Below are positions 1-7,614 of a stretch of 19,694 nt of DNA, piece after piece. The stretch lies in the NCBI GenBank assembly GCA_049964835.1, contig JBMFWW010000011.1:1-19694 (forward strand). Reading direction: 5' to 3'. Within the stretch, counting starts at the first letter, position 1. Each line of letters begins with the position of its first letter. Below the pieces are notes generated by a model. The model had not been told where the DNA came from, searched no databases, and was given only the letters and a program-made list of their open reading frames with translations. The DNA is from Candidatus Micrarchaeia archaeon. Lineage in GTDB: Archaea > Micrarchaeota > Micrarchaeia > Micrarchaeales > CABMGC01. A program made the position numbers and the translations under genes.

Positions 1-113
1 GGATTTGAAGCAAGAATAAGTGCGCCTATTGAAAGCGCAAGACCAAATATAAGATCCGTTAGTGATTCTATTCTTTCATCAATCTTATGATAGTAAGATT
101 CAATTTTGCTCAT
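1..113 (-). CDS. TMEM175-family (DUF1211) potassium channel, 5' part only, runs off the window edge
   Basis: Manual translation from ATG 113-111: MSKIESYYHKIDERIESLTDLIFGLALSIGALILASN. RIESLTD plus a hydrophobic helix fits the TMEM175 TM1 signature RxxxFSD. The ATG overlaps the MazG TGA (ATGA, 110-113). Not in the ORF track. Confidence 0.75.
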   Translation of the reverse strand, partial: MSKIESYYHKIDERIESLTDLIFGLALSIGALILASN

Positions 114-430
114 CTATTATCGCCGCTTCCAGAGATTAGACCTCTTTCATTTCTGCTCTTTAATTTTTGAAGATTATGTTCTGCAACTTCATTGAAATCT
201 ATGCCAAGCTCTGTTGAAACCTGTGAAAGATACCAGAGTATATCGCCTATCTCGCCCTTTAAGTCCTCTATATCAGGATTTTTTTTGTCTCTAGCTATTT
301 TTTTAATCTTGTTTAAAAGTTCTCCTACCTCTCCTGCAAGACCAAGTGCAGGATAGTAAAAACTACCTTCCATATTATTCGGGTAAATTGCAGTCTTTTT
401 TGCATTCTCTTGATACTCTGAAAAGTCCAT
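110..430 (-). CDS. MazG-like nucleoside triphosphate pyrophosphohydrolase (106 aa)
   Basis: MDFSEYQ..A..TA.YP N-terminus, LGLAGEVGELLNKIKK and EIGDILWYL motifs, C-terminal GSGDNR. The likely start is Met24 of the listed ORF (430), which is preceded by GTGTGA and removes the overlap with the CLC gene. Confidence 0.9.
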   Translation of the reverse strand: MDFSEYQENAKKTAIYPNNMEGSFYYPALGLAGEVGELLNKIKKIARDKKNPDIEDLKGEIGDILWYLSQVSTELGIDFNEVAEHNLQKLKSRNERGLISGSGDNR

Positions 431-458
431 TTTATCACACGATATATTTAACCATAAA

Positions 459-2210
459 TTAATAAATGTCTTTGGTAAATGCCTTTGCGTGTTCTTCATA
501 AATCTTCATTATATCATTCAAAAAGATATTACCAATATATCTGCCTTCATCTTCAACAGGTATTGTTATTGAGTTTGTCTTTGACATGAAGTTTAATGCC
601 TTTGATATTGTGTCATTGGGTCCTAGTGATTTACTTGATTTATCAAACCATAATGAGTCCTTTTTAAGTCCGTACTTTATTAACTCGTTTGCAGTGATAC
701 TGCCCAGATAAACTCCCTTTTCAACTACTGGCAATGAGTTTATATTCAATCTTTTCATTAATACTATTGCATTATTTTTGCTTATCTTCTTTGTTATAGA
801 TATATCTCTAAGCGGAATGTCTGAAACTGTTAATGAAAGCATTATGGGTTTTTTATACTCATTAATATGAACGGGTGAGAACTCCTTTGTATCCACCTGT
901 GATCTGTATATTGATTTATTTCCTGAAACAAGATATGAAAATGCTACTGAGATCATTGCTGCAGGAAGAAGTTGTAGGCTACCGGTCATCTCTGTTACCA
1001 TAAGCATAACAGAAATGGGAACCTTACCGGCTGCACCAAAAAAGGCAAGCATACCTATTATCACAAGAGGCGCAACCGAAGGAAATAGTGCAGGAAGAAG
1101 TGAATGAATAACTATAGCGTAAACAAACCCTAGTGAAGCTCCTACGAAGATTCCTGGAGCGAAAACACCTCCACTTCCACCAGAGCCTATTGTAAATGAA
1201 GTTGCAGCTATCTTAGCGAATGGCAACATTATTAGTATTAAAAGTATTGGAAGACCAAAGGTTGGAATTACTAGTGCGTTGTTGTTTATTAAAAGCTGTA
1301 CCCAGCCGTAGCCCACAGACATAGCTTCCGGAAACATAAGCAGTATTAGTCCGGCTATAGCTGCACCTATTATTGGCTTATAATAATTTTTAATTTTAAT
1401 AGCTTTAAAACCATCATGAACCTTGTAAAAAAACCATATGTAAAATATAGCAAGAGCTCCCGCAATTATTCCAAGTATTGCATAAAATGGCAAACGCAAC
1501 GGATCAAAGGTTGATGTAAGATAACCAAAAATAGGAGTAAATCCAACTATGGAGCCAAAAATTGAATAACCTACTGCGCTTGCTACTATTGCCGGAAATA
1601 TTGCCCTAGTTTCAAAATCTCTTTTGTATGGAACCTCTATTGCAAAGATTGCTCCGCCTATAGGAGCCTTAAATATTGTGCCTATGCCAGAGCCAATACC
1701 AACAACTACAGCTGTTCTTCTATCAGAATCAGAAAGCCTAAAAAAATCAGTTATCATAGAACCAATTCCAGCAGCTATCTGTGCGGTAGGTCCTTCTCTT
1801 CCAGCACTTCCTCCGCTTCCTATTGTTATTGCAGATGCTATTGTTTTTATTAAAGGAACTCTAGGTCTTATCTTTCCGTTATTTTGATGGAATGCTTTTA
1901 TTGATGCGTCAGTCCCGTGTCCTTCGGCTTCTGGTGCAAATTTATATACTAAAAATCCGGATATCGCTCCGCCTATTATCAAAACTATCGGTATAAGCCA
2001 GTAATTTGCTACTGAAAATATATAAGTAGCCGAACCGCTTTCCCCAAGAGGTAGCGGAACACTCATGCCTAAGATATCTCCTAAAAAAAATGATTCTGAA
2101 AATTTTATTGCAAAATAAAATATTGTTGCTCCTATTCCTGCCGCTATACCTATTAAGATACCAAGAATCAGCCATTTTTGAAAGTATGGTAAATCCCTTA
2201 AATTATTCAT
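459..2210 (-). CDS. CLC-family chloride channel/transporter with C-terminal CBS pair
   Basis: GSGGSAGREGP, GSGGSGGVFAP and SIY motifs, many TM segments, CBS-like C-terminus (NSLPVVE..YLGSIT; IPVED..YIG). Confidence 0.95.
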   Translation of the reverse strand: MNNLRDLPYFQKWLILGILIGIAAGIGATIFYFAIKFSESFFLGDILGMSVPLPLGESGSATYIFSVANYWLIPIVLIIGGAISGFLVYKFAPEAEGHGTDASIKAFHQNNGKIRPRVPLIKTIASAITIGSGGSAGREGPTAQIAAGIGSMITDFFRLSDSDRRTAVVVGIGSGIGTIFKAPIGGAIFAIEVPYKRDFETRAIFPAIVASAVGYSIFGSIVGFTPIFGYLTSTFDPLRLPFYAILGIIAGALAIFYIWFFYKVHDGFKAIKIKNYYKPIIGAAIAGLILLMFPEAMSVGYGWVQLLINNNALVIPTFGLPILLILIMLPFAKIAATSFTIGSGGSGGVFAPGIFVGASLGFVYAIVIHSLLPALFPSVAPLVIIGMLAFFGAAGKVPISVMLMVTEMTGSLQLLPAAMISVAFSYLVSGNKSIYRSQVDTKEFSPVHINEYKKPIMLSLTVSDIPLRDISITKKISKNNAIVLMKRLNINSLPVVEKGVYLGSITANELIKYGLKKDSLWFDKSSKSLGPNDTISKALNFMSKTNSITIPVEDEGRYIGNIFLNDIMKIYEEHAKAFTKDIY

Positions 2211-2221
2211 ATTATTGAATA

Positions 2222-2239
2222 TTATAAATACATTTATAA
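2222..2239. promoter_or_regulatory. Inverted repeat TTATAAAT-AC-ATTTATAA over the likely TATA box of the CLC operon
   Basis: Perfect 8-bp arms with a 2-nt spacer, 12-29 bp upstream of the ATG at 2210. AT-rich, so it may be chance. Confidence 0.35.
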
Positions 2240-2266
2240 CTCTATTTTTTAAAAAAAATACTTTAA

Positions 2267-3487
2267 TTATACTACTTTTATCTTTCTTTTGTAGTAATTT
2301 AGAAATAGTGAAGAGATATTTTCTCTTAAAGATTGTTCTGATTTTTTAATTTGCTCTATGCGATCTTTTATTTGTATTAAATCAGATTTCTTTTGCTCGA
2401 GTATTTTTGCCTTTGACATTTTTTCATTTAATTCTCTTTCATTATTTTGTATTTCGTTAAGAAGAAATTGTTTTCTTTCATTTAAATCCTTTAATTCAGT
2501 AACCTTACTTTTTAAATCTAATGATTTTAATTTAGATATCTGAACAATTACATTGCTACTATCCTTTATTTTTATTGCATCTTTTTGTAATAACCCAATT
2601 AAATCATCTAAAAGTTTTTCAAATTCAGAGTAGTCCTTGTCTTCTTTAAAGTTTTCTAGAGGATTTTCTAAATAAGAAACAAGACTTTTACTACCTAAAT
2701 AAGAGTAATCCATTTTTCTTGCTGCTCTATCGATAGGAAGCAGATTGCCAGATAAATGCACATTTAAGTCCTTGATCTTTTCTTCTACTGATAGTAGCTC
2801 TGTTTTTCTATCATCAATCATCTGTGTTAATTTATCTTTTAATGAAATTGAATCCTTTGTGTTAAGTTCATTTATCTCTTGCTCAATATTTTTAATGTTT
2901 TCAGCCATTAACTTCTCTTCATCTATCATGCCGTATAAATTTTCTATTTTATTTCTTATTTCTTCATACTTTTTATATTCTGGCTGTATTAAATCTATAG
3001 CTTCACTCAATTTGTCCCTTGATTTTTCCATATTAGAAAATACCTTTTTAAATGGACTAAGTTGATTGGAATATGCCATAACTACTATTTTAAACATGCT
3101 ATTTATCCTTAACATTTCAGAGATTATCTCTTGTATCGATAGTAATTCTGCTTTGTACTTTCCGTATTTTGTATCAAACTCTCCCTCATTGTTTCGCTCT
3201 AATGTCCTTGCAAGTGTTTTTGTATATGAAATTTTTTGGGTTTTTATAGAATTTATATTCGGAGTCCACATATCCTCAACTATGGGCTCACCGTCATAAT
3301 TTTGAAGAACATGACATTCTTTAATAAATTGCTCCTTATAGTCATTAAATGATGAAATTGTTTCATCACAAGTAGAATAAAAGTTTGATAATGATTTATC
3401 TAGAAGCTCCTTCAATATAGGCATAAGCTTTTCTAACTCTATACTTTCTTCTGGAGGAGTAGGTTCACTTTTTTTAAAAAACCACAT
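2267..3487 (-). CDS. Hypothetical coiled-coil protein (406 aa)
   Basis: Long open frame with K/E/L-rich heptad character and an MWFFKK N-terminus; no Walker motifs and no TM segment. Confidence 0.8.
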   Translation of the reverse strand: MWFFKKSEPTPPEESIELEKLMPILKELLDKSLSNFYSTCDETISSFNDYKEQFIKECHVLQNYDGEPIVEDMWTPNINSIKTQKISYTKTLARTLERNNEGEFDTKYGKYKAELLSIQEIISEMLRINSMFKIVVMAYSNQLSPFKKVFSNMEKSRDKLSEAIDLIQPEYKKYEEIRNKIENLYGMIDEEKLMAENIKNIEQEINELNTKDSISLKDKLTQMIDDRKTELLSVEEKIKDLNVHLSGNLLPIDRAARKMDYSYLGSKSLVSYLENPLENFKEDKDYSEFEKLLDDLIGLLQKDAIKIKDSSNVIVQISKLKSLDLKSKVTELKDLNERKQFLLNEIQNNERELNEKMSKAKILEQKKSDLIQIKDRIEQIKKSEQSLRENISSLFLNYYKRKIKVV

Positions 3488-3590
3488 AATATTATATTAA
3501 AATATAAAAATAATAAGCTATTGCAATAATTCGTTTTTTTATGTTTGATTAAATTTTTATTGAAGTACTTTTGCATAAACAATAAGATTC

Positions 3591-3618
3591 CTAAATTCCC
3601 AGAGTTTTAGACACTAGG
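3591..3618. repeat. IS terminal inverted repeat (left in window)
   Basis: CTAAATTCCCAGAGTTTTAGACACTAGG. Confidence 0.8.
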
Positions 3619-4784
3619 ATGCCTGATTTTTCTGAGATTTCCTGCTGTTCTTTGGTCAATTCAGATACCGGTACCTCCTTCTCATAAATTTTACACTTTA
3701 GATTCCTCAAACTTAACAATACTTCTTCCACTGTATAGTTTTTACCTAGTTTCTTTTTTAATTGTATGAAAGCAATTAATGTTATAAACTGCATGAAAAG
3801 AATCCACGCAACACCTCTTCTGAATGTGCACGTAATAGAAGTATATTGATATCGTCTTTTGAAAATCCAAATAGCATTTCTGCGATTTGCCTAACATAAT
3901 ATGCAGGAACAACATCGTTTTTTGATATTTTCAAATGATGAAACGAGAATCATTATGCCCCTTGTTGCAAATTCATAATCGAATTGGTCATTCTGTAGTG
4001 CATCGTAGTCAAATTCTAACATTAGTCCATTCAGTTCTCTCCCTTTACGTTGAGGATCAAGAACCAAATATGCAAATCCTTTTTTACCAAAAAGATTTAC
4101 CCCTACTTGCTTTATGAATAATCCTCTTTTCTTTCCATATTTTACTATGTTACGAGATGATTCTAAATCTTCTGCCTCGCTTAGAGCAGGTATTCAGTAT
4201 CCTTATCGACAACAAGAAGAAAGTGAATTTGTTTATCAATCTCCTCGCCGCTGCAACCCATTCTGTCATAGGAATATGTATCTGATTTGGTAGCAAAATG
4301 GCGTCAATTCTTTACAAACGTTTTGAAATACTTACTGAAAAAGGATCGTTGCTGGTTTTCATCACCCAGATATTTTAGAAAATCGCTTATTTTTTGCTAT
4401 GATAAATTCGCGTTTTTATATATCAGTTTTGCATAATTTCCATTAAACCAATCCTCAGCATACATCATCACCCGAGAATAACAAAGTCGATAAAGAAGAA
4501 GTGCAAGGATGTTGTCACTAAAATCACTGAAAACGTCTTTTATGATACCACAATAACCGCTACTCTGTAGAAATTGGTTAACACAATAGGAGTCGCCAAA
4601 ATCTAAAATCAGTTTTTCGCCATATTTTTTAATCGCCGTTTTTCAAAGATTTTCTTTTCCCTGTCAATTACTACTCCGAGATACGTGTTTTCTGCCTACT
4701 CATTCGTTTGTTCGGATCCCAATACGCTGTTATTTCGTACGCATATTCTTGACTTCCATATTTCTGGTATCTTATAAATAGCAT
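3591..4784 (-). pseudogene. Transposase pseudogene
   Basis: ATG at 4784. Fragments in shifting frames: MLFIRYQKYGSQEYAYEITAYWDP..RQK / YLGVVID / LILDFGD..NLS*QKISDFL (TAG at 4397-4399) / IDAILLPNQIHIPMTEW / IDKQIHFLLVVDK / YYVRQIAEMLFGFSKDD..LRAHSEEVLRG (Y-R-E-K signature) / MQFITLIAF..KTLGI*. The stop codon lies in the left TIR. Confidence 0.85.
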
Positions 4785-4864
4785 AGTGTATATATAAAAT
4801 ATAGTTATTATACATTTCAGTGATGTTGTTGAATTTTGACGTCGAAGTAATGGAATGAGTTATG

Positions 4865-4892
4865 CCTAGTGTCTAAGTTCTTGGAAATTTAG
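4865..4892. repeat. IS terminal inverted repeat (right in window)
   Basis: Reverse complement is CTAAATTTCCAAGAACTTAGACACTAGG, 22/28 identical to the left repeat. Confidence 0.8.
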
Positions 4893-4925
4893 AAAATTAG
4901 AAAAGAATAAAAAAATAAAAAGAAA
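4893..4925 (-). terminator. Oligo-T terminator candidate after the frameshifted surface-protein gene
   Basis: T-rich tracts on the minus strand about 40-70 nt after the stop at 4965. Confidence 0.4.
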
Positions 4926-4964
4926 TCCTAAATAAGTAAACAAAATATTAAAAGTATACTTTAA

Positions 4965-7420
4965 TTAGGATTTATGCTTTGCAATGTGATGCTTTGTTTG
5001 CTTCTTCTTCATATACCAGTACAATAGCAAAATAATTATTATAATTATTAGTATTAATACAAGTATCCACCATGGGAAACCGGTGTTAGTTACGACCTTC
5101 GACACAGTAGTTGTAACTACAGGAGTTACGTTCTTTGTTTTGTTTGTGGTATTTACTGCTTTTGTTGATGTTTTTGTTTTGTTTGTTGTATTGACGCTTA
5201 TTGTATTAGAAGGCTGTGTGTTTGTAATTTGCTTAACCGTTGTTGTTGGTGTTGTTGAAGGTGGTACTGCCACAGGTGCTACGGTTGTTAAAAATGTTGT
5301 TGGTGGAAGACCTCCTGTAGAAGGAACAAATCCACCTCCTGCGGTTTTGGTAGGAGGTATTACAGTAAGTGTAACTGGAGTGCTATAAACTACCGAATTT
5401 ACCGTATCGATTACATTTACTCCGAAGGTGTAAGTACCTGAAGAGGTTGTACTTGGTGAATAGACATCTGATGTTGCGCCTGATATCAAAGTATTGCTAC
5501 TGCTACTTATAGTATACCACTGGTATTTGTAAGGCGAGGTTCCGCCGGAGGGCGTTGCCGTAAATGTTACAGAACTTCCAGTAGTTACTGATGTTGATGA
5601 TGGTGAGATTGATAATGACAATGCCGGATTTACGGTAACTGATACGCTATTAGAAACTGTTGGGTAATTAAGTGGATTTGTCATCTCCCCATTTACTTTG
5701 AATATGATTTGGCCTGTTGAGGTTGGAACTACTGTATTTGATATTGGGAAATTTGAAAATGACGCTGCATTTATTACATTTCCATTAATAGATAAATCAA
5801 AATTGTTATTATTACCGTTATTTATTGGGTTTACATCATTTACAGTAAGATATACAGTTTGTCCTAGATCTATTATCGGTGTGTTAGTTGTTATTACTAT
5901 TCCATTGAATGGTATTGCATTAAATGGAACATTTGCAGAATAAACTATTTGATTTTTTGGATAACTTGAATCTGTTACCTCAACCTGTGCAAGATAATTT
6001 CCAGTATTAGGTATTGTTATATCAATGGAGTTGCTTTGACCATTTTGAATATTGGGAATTAGACTGCCCGGACTAGAAATTACATTGTAGACTATAAAGT
6101 TATATGTATATGGAGAAGCTCCGCCTGACGCGGATGCATATAATGAAATCGTAGATCCATTATATACTAATGTTGGTGTTACAGTTACATTTGCAGTTAA
6201 TGGTACTGGAGCTAATATACCGAATGAAAGTGTTGGCATTGGCACATTTATTCTTGTTCTTAACCAGTATATACTTTGAGGTGATGAATGAATATCACCT
6301 GCTGGATTAAGCCCTACTGAGAATACAAATAATGAAGGAGTTAATAACTGTTCGCTTGTATCTTGACCATAGCTAGTGTAATTAACAAGAGCATTAAATG
6401 ATGATGGTGAATTTATCTGTATCCCGTATATTTTGTTATTATTTGAGTCAGTATATGATGTAAAACTACCGCCATCACCACCTGCAGGACCCATAGTTAA
6501 TATTCCCGGGTTGCCAGAAGTTGTTACGTACTCATCTAAACTAAATGCTGCTACATTTTGCTTTGATACCCCCCCATATCCAGTTTCATAGTTATAAGTA
6601 TATAATGGAACAGGTGTTGAAGAAGGAGTGGTATTTGCTTCTAAACCTGCAAAGGTTCCTGCTGTTTGATTATTAAATATATTTCCATACCATTCTATAA
6701 TATTTCCAGAATTTGTCATTGAGGGTTGTGCGTTTTCAAAGATACCACAACCACATCCGTCCTGATTTCCAGCAACATAAATTACTGTATTCGAAGGATT
6801 GTTTATTACTATAGTATTAAAGGCATAACCATATGCTTGACCATTTATTCCATTGTTAACGCTTTGCCAACCACTAGGCAATGAGTTTCCAGATAAACCG
6901 CCAAAGGATTGGTAATAAATGAAGACGTTCTGACCGTTGTCATAGCTACCAAAGTTATTTGATAGTATAGGACTTTCTCCTACCACTACTGTATTATTAA
7001 AAGATTTGTTGATTTTGCTGCTATTCCTAAATAAATAGTATTTGTTGAGGTTGATGTAGGTAAGAAAAATGGAGATGCTATTCTTAACCAATAAATAACA
7101 TTACTTGCCGTATTCAAATTGGTTGTTTGTTGTTCATTTAATGCATTTCCTTCTAGCCAGCTAGGTATTACGGTTCCATTTGAATAAAAGAACTCTACAT
7201 TTTGTAGATTTGAAGCAAGATGTGAAGAGTAGTTAAGTGCATTGAAGGTTAGCATTACTTGAGAGTTAGCCGGTATAACAGTTCCGGTAATTGTTATTGG
7301 AGCCATTGCTACAATATTAGAAGGAGGTATAATAGAAGATGCAAAACTTCCTCCAAGAAACATAATTCCAACCATAATGCTTAACACAAAATATCTAATT
7401 CCTTTCATTCGACAACCCAT
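4965..7420 (-). pseudogene. Membrane-anchored surface protein (about 814-818 aa: signal peptide, DUF2341-like domain, about 3 Ig/PKD-like modules, Thr-rich linker, TM, basic tail), split by a 1-nt frameshift; pseudogene or sequencing error
   Basis: ORF 6986..7420 has a signal peptide and LASNLQNVEFFYSNGTVIPSWLE..YWLRI..TIYLG. Adding one A at 6999-7002 joins it to NNTVVVGESPILSNNFGSYDNGQNVF in ORF 4965..7091. The C-terminus is PWWILVLILIIIIIILLLYWYMKKK. The start may be 7420 or 7408. Confidence 0.8.
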
Positions 7421-7499
7421 TTAATAAATATAATAAATTTAATAATTATAATAATGAACTTTAATTCATTATCTCCACGAATGTATTAAACTGTTCAGG

Positions 7500-7515
7500 T
7501 ATATAAACCTTACTA
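7500..7515 (-). promoter_or_regulatory. TATA box candidate (TTTATATA) for the 7420 gene
   Basis: The minus strand reads GTAAGGTTTATATA about 80 bp upstream of the start, followed downstream by an 8-bp inverted repeat at 7451-7472. Confidence 0.5.
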
Positions 7516-7579
7516 ATTGTTTTTACAGTTTTCCATAACATATTGAATAGGCAAATAGCCACATTGAACAGTTATATTA

Positions 7580-7601
7580 AAAAATAAAAGAAAAAAAATT
7601 A
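7580..7601 (-). terminator. Oligo-T terminator of the giant gene
   Basis: TAATTTTTTTTCTTTTATTTTT on the minus strand, 13 nt after the stop; identical 22-mer at 16779-16800. Confidence 0.6.
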
Positions 7602-7614
7602 ATTGTTAATTATT

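Larger units (their letters stand above)
3591..4892 (-). mobile_element. Degenerate IS1634-like (IS4-related DDE) insertion sequence, 1302 bp
   Basis: Terminal inverted repeats at 3591-3618 and 4865-4892 (22/28 matching) enclose transposase fragments. No clear target-site duplication. Confidence 0.8.

Noticed and set aside
431..499. N-terminal 23 aa of the listed 129-aa MazG ORF
   Set aside because: Overlaps the CLC 3' end; the family-like sequence starts at Met 430, which has an SD-like GTGTGA.
2211..2266. Fluoride riboswitch or CLC-F exporter
   Set aside because: The spacer is 56 bp of nearly pure A/T with no crcB motif, and the protein lacks the GNNLI/GREGT signatures of CLC-F.
1624..3299. 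Short alternative-frame and antisense ORFs inside the CLC and coiled-coil genes
   Set aside because: Shadow frames of well-supported genes; no recognisable motifs.
2267..3487. SMC/Rad50 annotation
   Set aside because: No Walker A/B, signature or CxxC hook motif; too short.
3935..4117. 60-aa plus-strand ORF
   Set aside because: Antisense to the transposase remnant.
3581..4900. Target-site duplication of the IS
   Set aside because: The flanks AATAAGATTC and AAAATTAG give no exact direct repeat.
7003..7091. Listed start of the 708-aa ORF (MVKNSISI...)
   Set aside because: No signal peptide; the domain sequence continues in the other frame up to about 7000.
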